NCBI GenBank assembly: GCA_903857255.1
Contig: CAIODY010000091.1
Span: 11,831-75,830 of the forward strand
DNA from: an uncultured bacterium
GTDB lineage: Bacteria > Bacteroidota > Bacteroidia > Chitinophagales > CAIODY01
Direction of reading: 5' to 3'
DNA length: 64,000 nucleotides
Shown: positions 44,419-53,176 of the stretch, piece after piece
Position numbering within the stretch: the stretch's first letter is position 1
Layout: each line of letters begins with the position of its first letter
The notes under the pieces: model-generated
The model's database searches: none
The model's input: only the letters and a program-made list of their open reading frames with translations
What the model was told of the DNA's origin: nothing
Made by a program: the position numbers and the translations under genes

Positions 44419-45294
44419 ATGGCATTACAGTTTGGTAAAAAATATTCCGAAAAAGCAAAACCAAGTTATATCTACTCCATTTTTGGGGTGGCGTTGGTAT
44501 TGTTTATGCTGGGTTTGCTGGGCATAGTGGTGCTGAATGCAAAAAAGCTAAGCGATTATTTTAAAGAAAATGTGGAGTTCAGTTTGATACTCATGGATAC
44601 TTGTTCGCCCGAACAAGCAGCCAACATCAAAAAAACATTAGATGGTAATCCGCATGTAAAATCATCTGAATTAGTGAGTAAAGACGAGGCTTTGAAGCGT
44701 TTTAAGAAAAATTTTCAGGAAGATTTTGTTGAATTGATTGAATACAATCCGTTGTATGCATCGGTGAACTTTCATTTGAATAGCGATTATGCTCACACCG
44801 ATTCTATCAAAAAAATTGAAGCGCAATTTTTAGCAACCAGGCAAGTAAAAGAATTGTATTATCAGCATTCATTGGTTGAAACCATGAATCAGAATGCAAA
44901 AAAAATATCCATCATCATTTTAGTGATTGCATTGGTATTGTTTTTCATTGCTATTGCTTTAATTGACAACACCATAAAATTGGTGATGTACAGTAATCGC
45001 TTTCTCATTAAAAGTATGCAGTTGGTGGGCGCAACACGTTGGTTCATCAGCAAACCATTTATTGTTCGTTCATTTGTCAATGGTTTGTTGAGCTCAATTT
45101 TAGCCATCATTTTATTAGCTGTTTTAGGATTTTATGCCAATCAATTAATTCCTGAATTATCATCATTAATTCAACCCACTGATATTGCATTATTATTTTT
45201 CATCGTTATTTTTATTGGTGTTGCCATTTCAACATGGAGCACCTATCGTTCGGTAACAAAATATCTGAAATTGAAATTGGATGAATTGTATTAG
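44419..45294 (+). CDS. ftsX: cell division permease-like protein FtsX
   Basis: 291 aa. Topology and sequence are typical of Bacteroidota FtsX: one N-terminal TM helix, a periplasmic domain, then three C-terminal TM helices (MQLVGATRWFISKPF). Confidence 0.82.
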   Translation: MALQFGKKYSEKAKPSYIYSIFGVALVLFMLGLLGIVVLNAKKLSDYFKENVEFSLILMDTCSPEQAANIKKTLDGNPHVKSSELVSKDEALKRFKKNFQEDFVELIEYNPLYASVNFHLNSDYAHTDSIKKIEAQFLATRQVKELYYQHSLVETMNQNAKKISIIILVIALVLFFIAIALIDNTIKLVMYSNRFLIKSMQLVGATRWFISKPFIVRSFVNGLLSSILAIILLAVLGFYANQLIPELSSLIQPTDIALLFFIVIFIGVAISTWSTYRSVTKYLKLKLDELY

Positions 45295-45367
45295 AATGAT
45301 AACGGTTTACAAAAAATAATTTCACACAAAAAGCGTTTAATATTTTCAACATAAAAAAAGTATAACA

Positions 45368-45658
45368 ATGGCACAAGCAAAATCAACTAACCAACCAAAA
45401 AGCAAAGCAGCCAATAAATTGCAAAATTATCATGGCGTATTGCTGTTTGATAAAACCAGCTATCTTTTAATGGGCGTATGTGTAGTATTAGTGATGATTG
45501 GTTTTATGCTAATGAGCGGCGGTGGCTCAACTAACCCACATGAATTTCATCCAGAAGAATTGTATAGTTTTCGTCGTGTTACATTAGCACCATTAGTGAT
45601 TTTGATTGGCTTTGGTGTTGGTATTTTTTCCATCGTTCGCAAACACAACGAAGCCTAA
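45368..45658 (+). CDS. small two-TM membrane protein (DUF3098-like)
   Basis: 96 aa with LLFDKTSYLLMGVCVVLVMIGFMLMSGG ... RRVTLAPLVILIGFGVGIF. The position between ftsX and uppP is conserved in Bacteroidota, as far as I recall. Confidence 0.55.
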   Translation: MAQAKSTNQPKSKAANKLQNYHGVLLFDKTSYLLMGVCVVLVMIGFMLMSGGGSTNPHEFHPEELYSFRRVTLAPLVILIGFGVGIFSIVRKHNEA

Positions 45659-45687
45659 TTTTCCTTAAGCTTTTATAAATTATTTTA

Positions 45688-46578
45688 ATGACCACACTGC
45701 AAGCCATTATCATTGCTATTGTTGAAGGCATCACCGAATTTTTGCCCATCAGCAGCACAGCGCACATGAAATTTACCAATCCATTAATTGGTGTGGATGG
45801 CAATTCACCATTTGCCGAAATGTTTGAGGTGATTATTCAGTTGGCTGCAATTCTATCAGTGGTGTTGGTGTATCGAAAAAAATTTTTCGATTTCAAGCAT
45901 TTTAGTTTTTACATCAAATTATTAGTGGCTGTTATGCCAGCATTGGTAGTTGGTGCATTGCTGAAAAAGCATATAGATGCGGCTTTGAGTAATTTGATTT
46001 TTATTGCCTGCATTATGATTGCTGGCGGAGTTGTGTTGTTGTTTATTGATAAATGGATGAACAAAACCACCTTAGATAATGAAGCTGAAATCACTTACCC
46101 CAAAGCATTTACAATCGGTTGCTTTCAAGTTCTGTCTATCATTTTTCCTGGCTTAAGCCGAAGTGCATCAACTATTATTGGTGGGATGCAACAAAAATTA
46201 ACAAGAAGATTGGCGGCAGAATTTTCTTTCTTCTTAGCTGTTCCAACCATGTTTGCTGCCAGCGTAAAATCATTTTTAGATGCGATGAAAGAAAATTATT
46301 TGGTTGCTCATAATATCACCGAAGAGCAAGCAAAATCAATGCATTTAAGCATGACGCATGATATTTTTGGCAGCGAAAATTTTCATTCGTTATTCAATCA
46401 TCACAACTTAGTTGTGTTTATTATTGGGTGCTTAATTTCCTTTTTCATTGCACTCATCGCTGTTAAAACCTTCATCAATTATTTAAGCAAACACGGCTTC
46501 AGAGTGTTTGGTATTTACCGCATCATTATCGGCGCAGTGATGTTAGGATTGATTTTCGGAATGCACTTAGGGCAATAA
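45688..46578 (+). CDS. uppP: undecaprenyl-diphosphate phosphatase
   Basis: N-terminus LQAIIIAIVEGITEFLPISSTAHM and the PGLSRSASTIIGG motif. Confidence 0.92.
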   Translation: MTTLQAIIIAIVEGITEFLPISSTAHMKFTNPLIGVDGNSPFAEMFEVIIQLAAILSVVLVYRKKFFDFKHFSFYIKLLVAVMPALVVGALLKKHIDAALSNLIFIACIMIAGGVVLLFIDKWMNKTTLDNEAEITYPKAFTIGCFQVLSIIFPGLSRSASTIIGGMQQKLTRRLAAEFSFFLAVPTMFAASVKSFLDAMKENYLVAHNITEEQAKSMHLSMTHDIFGSENFHSLFNHHNLVVFIIGCLISFFIALIAVKTFINYLSKHGFRVFGIYRIIIGAVMLGLIFGMHLGQ

Positions 46579-46592
46579 GTGCTTTGCCGTTT

Positions 46593-47111
46593 TTAATTAT
46601 AATACGGCGCAATCATCAAATACACAATCACACCAGTTACAGTTACATACAACCAAATGGGGAAAACGATTTTTGCAATTTTTTTGTGCTTATCAAATCG
46701 TTGTTGTAAGCCACGTGAAAGCGTAATTAATATCAACGGAAAACTGACAGCTGCCAAAATGATGTGGCTAATTAATAAGAAAAAATAAACTGGGCGAATC
46801 CAGCCTTCGCCACCAAAAGGAGTTGGTTTTGATAACGAATGATACACCACATACAACACCAAAAACAATCCTGAAAATGCAAAAGCGGTGAGCATAGTTT
46901 TTTTATGTGCATCACGTTTTTTATTCAAGATAAAAGTTAAACCGACAATTAATAAAACGCTTACAACGGCATTAATGATGGCATTGATAAACGGAATGAT
47001 TTTTAAATCCAATTGCAATTCGGGCTTCGGCATCAAATACATGATGGCTACTGCGATTGGCACTAAAATGGATGGCACTAAAATGAGCCATTTATGATTT
47101 TGGTTTTGCAT
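46593..47111 (-). CDS. DUF420-family membrane protein (CtaM-like oxidase assembly factor family)
   Basis: 172 aa and four TM helices with the conserved His-containing helices (LYVVYH, LLISHIILAAVSFPL). It is adjacent to an SCO gene. Confidence 0.75.
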   Translation of the reverse strand: MQNQNHKWLILVPSILVPIAVAIMYLMPKPELQLDLKIIPFINAIINAVVSVLLIVGLTFILNKKRDAHKKTMLTAFAFSGLFLVLYVVYHSLSKPTPFGGEGWIRPVYFFLLISHIILAAVSFPLILITLSRGLQQRFDKHKKIAKIVFPIWLYVTVTGVIVYLMIAPYYN

Positions 47112-47194
47112 TTTTAGATTTTATTTTTTCACACAAAGGCGCAAAGACACAAAGTGTTTTTTCAATTTTCAAATCAACACATTTTCAAATTATT

Positions 47195-47896
47195 CTAATC
47201 TTTCGGCGGACGTAATTCATTCACATCGTTTGATAATTCTTTTAAAAGAATCACAATGTCTTTTTTCAATTTATCTACTGCTACGCTATCCGTTCCATCA
47301 TAATAACCACGGATGATTCGGTGATTATCCACCAACACCAATTTTTCGCTGTGGTCGAAGGTTTCTGGTCCATCAGCTTGTGCAGCTAAGAAATAACTTT
47401 TCAAACTTAAGTCATACAATGCTTGTCTGGAGCCAGTTAACAAGTGCCATTTTGTGCCATCAATTTTAAATCTGTCAGCATATTTTTTTAATTGTGGCAC
47501 TGAATCATGCTCGGGGTCAACGGTGTGTGAAAGAATTTCAATCCATTTTACATTTTTAAATTCTTCTTGCACACGATAAAGTTGGTGCATCATTTTTGGG
47601 CAAATTGTAACACACGAACAAAAGAAAAAGTTAGCTACATAAATTCTTTGTTTTAATGAATCGTTAGTAATGATATTGCCGTTTTGGTCAGTCAATTTAA
47701 AATCGGCAATAGTGTGATAAACTGAATCGTATTTTGTTTTGCCTTTAAAATCTTTGTAAGGTTTTATTTCGCCAGTTGCAAACCAACGCGGTAATCGTTT
47801 TGGAAAACCAACATACACATTATAATAGAGCCAAAAGCCCAAAGGCAGCAATATTGCTATGCCGATGCCGATGATGCCTGTTTTTGTTTTGTTCAT
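47195..47896 (-). CDS. SCO1/SenC-family copper chaperone (thioredoxin fold)
   Basis: It has a CxxxC copper motif (FFFCSCVTICPKMMHQL) and HTVDPEHD. The start at 47896 (MNKTKTGIIGIG...) is preferred because a TACTTTTG -7 box lies inside the longer track ORF. Confidence 0.82.
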   Translation of the reverse strand: MNKTKTGIIGIGIAILLPLGFWLYYNVYVGFPKRLPRWFATGEIKPYKDFKGKTKYDSVYHTIADFKLTDQNGNIITNDSLKQRIYVANFFFCSCVTICPKMMHQLYRVQEEFKNVKWIEILSHTVDPEHDSVPQLKKYADRFKIDGTKWHLLTGSRQALYDLSLKSYFLAAQADGPETFDHSEKLVLVDNHRIIRGYYDGTDSVAVDKLKKDIVILLKELSNDVNELRPPKD

Positions 47897-47916
47897 AAAT
47901 GAGTTGAAAAAGATTG

Positions 47917-47924
47917 CAAAAGTA
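47917..47924 (-). promoter_or_regulatory. candidate -7 promoter box (TACTTTTG) for the SCO/DUF420 pair
   Basis: The + strand reads caaaagta. The box lies 21 nt upstream of the ATG at 47896 and downstream of the FKBP gene terminator. Confidence 0.4.
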
Positions 47925-47963
47925 GTGTAAGAAATGCAAACGATAATAGACATTTTCTAAAAC

Positions 47964-47999
47964 AAAAAAAGCCATTGGTGGTTTAACAATGGCTTTTTT
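47964..47999 (-). terminator. intrinsic terminator after the FKBP isomerase gene (bidirectional in form)
   Basis: Stem gccattg (47971-77) pairs with caatggc (47987-93). A7 on the left and T6 on the right flank it. Confidence 0.7.
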
Positions 48000-48017
48000 A
48001 TTTTTTATGAAATTATT

Positions 48018-48905
48018 TTATTCCCAACCTTTCAATTCTAAATCAAATACTAAAACTGAATTAGCAGGAATATCTTGCCCCATGGCTTGCGAACCGTAAC
48101 CCAATGCTGATGGAACAATGAATTTAGCTTTTGCACCTTTGTTCAATAACAAAACGCCTTCATCCCAAGCACGAATCATAGAACCTTCGCCTACATTAAA
48201 TTTCAAAGGCTCAACATGATGTTTTGATGCATCAACATTTGAATCAAACATTTTTCCATCTAACAAATAACCTGTGTAATTCATGATTGCTTTTTTGCCT
48301 TTTTCAATATTAGCACCTGTTCCTTTTTGTGTGATGATGTAATACAAACCACTTTCAGTTTTCTGAACATCTTTCAATCCTTTTTCTTTGATGTAATTTT
48401 GAATTAAAGCATCATCAGTAGCCATTTGAGCTTTGGCTGCATCCATTTGTTTTTGTTGTGCTTCGGCTGCCGAAGTTATATCTTCTACAATCAAAATAGA
48501 TTTCACTTTTGAATGTGCTTTGATAAATGGAGGACGCATTTTTTCATCAGGGAAAATTGAATCGGTTGGTAACATAAACACAGCACTGTCGCCCTTTTTC
48601 ATCAACATCAACCAAGCCATGATGTCATATTTTCCTTTCGATTGACGAATAGGAATTTGAATAGCTTTTGGTGGCGCACCATTCATGCCTTTGTGCGTAT
48701 CCATAATCACTGAATCTTTATCCGTAACGTTGATGATATTGATAGTAACCACATCACCAATTTTAGCAGTTGTTTTTCCACTACCTTCTTTTAAAATTTT
48801 GTACTCAACACCACCGCCTAATTTTTTAAAACCACCACTTAAATTACATGATGCAATGCTGATGATGGCTAATGCCGCAATACTTAGTTTGATAACACTT
48901 TTCAT
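48018..48905 (-). CDS. FKBP-type peptidyl-prolyl cis-trans isomerase (lipoprotein)
   Basis: Lipobox ISIASC. The C-terminal FKBP domain reads YTGYLLDGKMFDSN...FNVGEGSMIRAWDEGVLLLNKGAKAKFIVPSALGYG. Confidence 0.88.
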   Translation of the reverse strand: MKSVIKLSIAALAIISIASCNLSGGFKKLGGGVEYKILKEGSGKTTAKIGDVVTINIINVTDKDSVIMDTHKGMNGAPPKAIQIPIRQSKGKYDIMAWLMLMKKGDSAVFMLPTDSIFPDEKMRPPFIKAHSKVKSILIVEDITSAAEAQQKQMDAAKAQMATDDALIQNYIKEKGLKDVQKTESGLYYIITQKGTGANIEKGKKAIMNYTGYLLDGKMFDSNVDASKHHVEPLKFNVGEGSMIRAWDEGVLLLNKGAKAKFIVPSALGYGSQAMGQDIPANSVLVFDLELKGWE

Positions 48906-48956
48906 TTTATTTGTTTGAATTTGATTTATATGTTTAACGAAATTTAGAAAAAAATT

Positions 48957-49976
48957 TTATTGTAATTGTACTTTGATTTCAGGCAAAGCATTTAAGAAAA
49001 TTTGCAAAGTTTCATCCAATGTTTTAAAACTGTGTCCACCTGATGCGTTTTTGTGTCCACCACCTTCAAAATATTTGCTGCAAATTTCATTCACCGCAAT
49101 ATCACCTTTGCTTCGCAATGACAATTTCACACGTTCGGTTCTATCAACAATTAAGCAAGCCAATTTTATTCCTTTGATAGATAACGGATAATTCACCAAA
49201 CCTTCCGTATCGCCAGTTGTGATTTGAAATTGTTTCAATTCCTCTTTAGTGATGGTGATGTAAGCCGTGTTGTATTCGGGCAACACTTTCAATTTGTTTA
49301 ATAAACAATAGCCCACAAATTGCAAGCGATTGAGCCTGTTGGTATCAAAAATATTTTCAAAAATATCGTAGGGCTTCACTCCAATTTCTAACAATTCGGC
49401 AGTGATGTGATGCACATCAGGCGTTGTGCTATTAAATTTAAAAGAGCCGCTATCCGTCAAAATGCCCGTGTACAAACACGTTGCGCTATCTAAATTAATT
49501 TTTTCTTTATCGCCCATGCGAACAATAAATTTGTAAATCAATTCTGCGGTCGCAACTGCTTTGGTATCAGCATAAGCAGCATTTTCAAATCCTTCGGCAT
49601 TCAAATGATGGTCAATCATCACCTTCAAAGCGTTGGATTGGCGCACTACTTCGCCCATTTCATTGATTCTGCCTAAATTGTTAAAATCTAAACAAAAAAT
49701 TAAATCGGCTTCGGCAATGGCTTGTTTGCTAGCTTCTTCGGTTTCTGGGAATTCCCAAACGGTATTATTGCCGGGCAACCACCACAAAAAATCAGGATAA
49801 TCAGTTGGTGAAATCACTTGGACTTGATGATTCAACTGAATTAAATAATGATACAAACCCAACGACGAACCCATCGCATCACCATCAGGTTTATGATGTG
49901 TGGTGATAACAATTTTTTTGGGCGATGAAGAATGCAACAGCTGTTGAACTGTTTCTATATTTTTATCGTTGAGCAA
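48957..49976 (-). CDS. nrnA: DHH/DHHA1-family phosphoesterase (NrnA-like oligoribonuclease / pAp phosphatase)
   Basis: Motifs HHKPDGDAMGS, DHH (MIDHHL) and GGGHKNASGG. Confidence 0.8.
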   Translation of the reverse strand: MLNDKNIETVQQLLHSSSPKKIVITTHHKPDGDAMGSSLGLYHYLIQLNHQVQVISPTDYPDFLWWLPGNNTVWEFPETEEASKQAIAEADLIFCLDFNNLGRINEMGEVVRQSNALKVMIDHHLNAEGFENAAYADTKAVATAELIYKFIVRMGDKEKINLDSATCLYTGILTDSGSFKFNSTTPDVHHITAELLEIGVKPYDIFENIFDTNRLNRLQFVGYCLLNKLKVLPEYNTAYITITKEELKQFQITTGDTEGLVNYPLSIKGIKLACLIVDRTERVKLSLRSKGDIAVNEICSKYFEGGGHKNASGGHSFKTLDETLQIFLNALPEIKVQLQ

Positions 49977-49997
49977 TGCCTAATTTTTTTTGGGCTG

Positions 49998-50005
49998 CAA
50001 ATGTA
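49998..50005 (-). promoter_or_regulatory. candidate -7 promoter box (TACATTTG) for the nrnA-like gene
   Basis: The + strand reads caaatgta. The box lies 22 nt upstream of the start at 49976. Confidence 0.4.
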
Positions 50006-50068
50006 CTATTTAGGAATGATATTTTGTGCTGTGAAGATTGTTGTTAAATTGATAACAAAAATTCACAA

Positions 50069-51523
50069 TCACAATTGATGTTCAGAAAAAATATTCAAAT
50101 ACTTGCTGCGATACGATGAGCGATAAATATAAAACGCCAACGCTGCTTGAAATGCTAATGAAATAAAAGATGCAATGCTATAACCTGTGAATGGAATAGG
50201 ATAAAACAAACAAATTAATTGTCCGCCATTTGCTCCAAAAACCATTGGCAATGCGGCATACATCACCGCATAGTAAATGACGATGATTAAAATATTGTTT
50301 TTGAAATTGGTGCAATACAATAAAAATCGGGTAACAAAAATATCGCGAATCAACAGCAATAACACACCAAAATAAAAAAATGATAAATGCTGATTGATGA
50401 ATTCTCTTTTATTATCTGAAATTAAATTGAAGATTTTAAAATTATCCGAAGCCAATGAATCGGGTTTGTGAACCAACGAAAGCGTTGCTAATGCTAACAA
50501 AAACAGACCACTTACAATTCCGCTAATTAACCAAAGCGGCGATGAAAAATTTAATTTTTTAAAATTGAATGAATTAAAATCAGCTACAAACATTTTATAA
50601 TCAACAATGTTTTTTCGCTCAATTAGCAACAAGAATGAAGTGATAGAAACTAAAAAATAAGTTACAAAATTCAATTTCAAAAACACCACATCAAATGCAC
50701 TGAAATTTATTCCATCCGTAAATTCGCTGTGGAAGCTGAACCCGAAGCAATAAATAATTACAAATACAATAAAGGCAAGCCACACTTTCGAATCGTTTTT
50801 GTATTGCAATTCGGTTCTGATGTTTCTATAAATGCCCATCACCCCCCATGATAAAAAAACGAACACAAAAAATAAATTGAAAAAATTACCCCACGGAATG
50901 CCATACCAAGAAATATTGCGGTGAAATAATAATCCTTGAATAGTCATGGTGCTGCTGGTTTGATAGCCAATCAACAATGCCATGATGAAGAAAAATGTGG
51001 TGTTAATTTTCGTGTTGCTGAATGAAGATGATTGATTGCCTGTGATACTCAACAAGCTGAAAAGCAAGCCCAAGGCATTGGCGAACATGCCCGAGAAAAT
51101 TGTAACCAACCCAATAAATACATCTTGCGAAAAATTATCGGAAGAAAAACAACACAAAAAATAAACGCCCAAACACCATATTGCGCCATACCATTGAAAC
51201 AAAGTAGGACCAAATAATTTCCCAATCGTAATTTTCCAAGGGCTCAAACCCGTCATCCGTTGCCTATCCCAGGTTTTTTCATTGATTTCCGAAGCCACGG
51301 CATCAGCCGCTTGTTTGGTGCCCCACACCGAAACAAGGATGTGAAAAATTGCCAACGAAACATAACGCAACGGACTCAATTTATCATAAGGATGCAAACC
51401 GATAACAATGGTGATAATATAAATTAAGCCGATTAAAAGCGGCATTACAATCATTCTGTTTTGGCGCAATTCAAGCCAAGCATTGCGTTGCAATTCAGGA
51501 TTAGATGAAAATATTTTATTCAT
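50069..51523 (-). CDS. polytopic membrane protein, putative permease partner of the adjacent ABC ATPase
   Basis: 484 aa with many hydrophobic helices. It starts 6 nt downstream of the ABC ATPase stop. Confidence 0.65.
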   Translation of the reverse strand: MNKIFSSNPELQRNAWLELRQNRMIVMPLLIGLIYIITIVIGLHPYDKLSPLRYVSLAIFHILVSVWGTKQAADAVASEINEKTWDRQRMTGLSPWKITIGKLFGPTLFQWYGAIWCLGVYFLCCFSSDNFSQDVFIGLVTIFSGMFANALGLLFSLLSITGNQSSSFSNTKINTTFFFIMALLIGYQTSSTMTIQGLLFHRNISWYGIPWGNFFNLFFVFVFLSWGVMGIYRNIRTELQYKNDSKVWLAFIVFVIIYCFGFSFHSEFTDGINFSAFDVVFLKLNFVTYFLVSITSFLLLIERKNIVDYKMFVADFNSFNFKKLNFSSPLWLISGIVSGLFLLALATLSLVHKPDSLASDNFKIFNLISDNKREFINQHLSFFYFGVLLLLIRDIFVTRFLLYCTNFKNNILIIVIYYAVMYAALPMVFGANGGQLICLFYPIPFTGYSIASFISLAFQAALAFYIYRSSYRSKYLNIFSEHQL

Positions 51524-51529
51524 AATTGA

Positions 51530-52429
51530 TTAAGCGTTTTTAATGGTTTTTAAATAGGCATCTTGTATGTTGCCCGTTTCTTTATAAAATTCTGAAACCT
51601 GCAAACCTTTACCCATAAAGTATTGCATGCAATCTTGCAAAGTATATTTTTCGTTGATAGCAATAGTTGCTTTATCATTTTCGGTATTCAACACTTCATA
51701 CATTTCGTTGTTGGCGAATGAATACAACAGCGAAATATTAGCTGCATGAATCACAAAATGATTCACCGATTTTTTATTTTCTACATTCATATCAAAACCG
51801 CTTTCAACAATTTTTCCATTTTTCAAAATCAATAAATTGTTGGCATATTGGTCAAGCTCTGCTAAAATATGCGATGAAACAATCAATGTAATTCCTTCTT
51901 GATTTAATTTTTTAAACAAGCCTGCCAATTCAATCCTTGCTTCAGGGTCTAAGCCTGATGCAGGTTCATCCAATATCAAATATTTGGGTTGATGAATAAT
52001 GGCTTGTGCAATGCCCACCCGTTGGCGCATACCACGAGATAAATTTTTAATTAGTTCATGCGTTTTGTTTGTTAAGTGCACTTGTGCAATCACTTGTTCA
52101 ATTCGTTCATCATTTTTCAAGCCATGTGCCGCGGCAAAATAACTGATAGATTGTTCGATGGTGAGTTGCTCATACAAACCAAAATTGTCAGCCAAAAAAC
52201 CTGTCATCCGATGACAAGCATGTGGCTCAACAGCGATATCAATTTCATCCATCAAAATTTTTCCGTGAGTAGGTAATGTGAGCGCAGTTAAACATCGCAT
52301 CAGCGTTGTTTTTCCAGCTCCGTTTGGTCCTACTAAAGCAGTGATACTGCCTTGCGGAATATCAACAGTAATGTCTTGCAATGCTAAAAAATTAGCATAA
52401 TCAAATGAAAGGTTTTGAATTGAAATCAT
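51530..52429 (-). CDS. ABC transporter ATP-binding protein
   Basis: Walker A GPNGAGKTT, signature LSRGMRQRV and Walker B LILDEP. Confidence 0.9.
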   Translation of the reverse strand: MISIQNLSFDYANFLALQDITVDIPQGSITALVGPNGAGKTTLMRCLTALTLPTHGKILMDEIDIAVEPHACHRMTGFLADNFGLYEQLTIEQSISYFAAAHGLKNDERIEQVIAQVHLTNKTHELIKNLSRGMRQRVGIAQAIIHQPKYLILDEPASGLDPEARIELAGLFKKLNQEGITLIVSSHILAELDQYANNLLILKNGKIVESGFDMNVENKKSVNHFVIHAANISLLYSFANNEMYEVLNTENDKATIAINEKYTLQDCMQYFMGKGLQVSEFYKETGNIQDAYLKTIKNA

Positions 52430-52459
52430 AAAACGAATGTAATATTTTCGGTGAATAAA

Positions 52460-53170
52460 TTAAGCAACAACCAACGCATTATCTTTTAGAATTGGAACAA
52501 CAGGTGTTTCATTTTCAGTTAAACAAAATTGCAAATCAAAATCGGCTCCTAAATTTTGTAATCGCCCAAAATGATTAGCCATGCGATGATATTCATACAA
52601 ATTATTTTTTGCCAAGCCATATAATTGCTCCATCATTTTTGAAGAATCGCAAGCCATGGTAAAATCATTTTTCAACCGATGCACAATGCCGCCAGCCATC
52701 AAACTATCTTCTACATTCACTTTGTCTTTCCAGGCTGAACAAGCCATCAACACAGGCTTTTGCTGTTGCAATAAAAATTCAGCTAACGCATCCATATTCG
52801 TAAATGCACCAATGACAATGGTTTCAGCCGCATGACACAAGTGCAACATTTTTGTTCCGTTGGTGGTGGTGAGTACCAAAGTTTTATTTTTCACTTCATC
52901 CTTCATGTATTGTTTCGGTGAATTTCCATACACAAAACCTTCGGGCAGTTTTGCGTCACGTTCGGCTGCCAGCAAATGATTGGGCTCATTTTTAAATTGC
53001 AAACATTCTTCGATGGTTGCCACAGGAATTACTTTTTCAGCACCATAATGCAACGCCGTACAAATGGTGGAAGTGGCACGAAGCACATCAATCACCACAG
53101 CAATTTTTCCTTCTAAATTGTAAGTGTGTAATAACGAAGGCGATAAACAAATTTCTATAGTTGGTTTCAT
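52460..53170 (-). CDS. 2-phosphosulfolactate phosphatase family protein (ComB-like)
   Basis: 236 aa with VVIDVLRATSTICTAL and TTNGT motifs, both typical of the ComB family. Confidence 0.72.
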   Translation of the reverse strand: MKPTIEICLSPSLLHTYNLEGKIAVVIDVLRATSTICTALHYGAEKVIPVATIEECLQFKNEPNHLLAAERDAKLPEGFVYGNSPKQYMKDEVKNKTLVLTTTNGTKMLHLCHAAETIVIGAFTNMDALAEFLLQQQKPVLMACSAWKDKVNVEDSLMAGGIVHRLKNDFTMACDSSKMMEQLYGLAKNNLYEYHRMANHFGRLQNLGADFDLQFCLTENETPVVPILKDNALVVA

Positions 53171-53176
53171 GAAAAA

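Noticed and set aside
44318-44527. A 69-aa + strand ORF overlapping the ftsX start.
   Set aside because: It spans a stem-loop (AAAAAGGCT...AGCCTTTTT, about 44327-44360) and the ftsX N-terminus in another frame. It is not protein-like.
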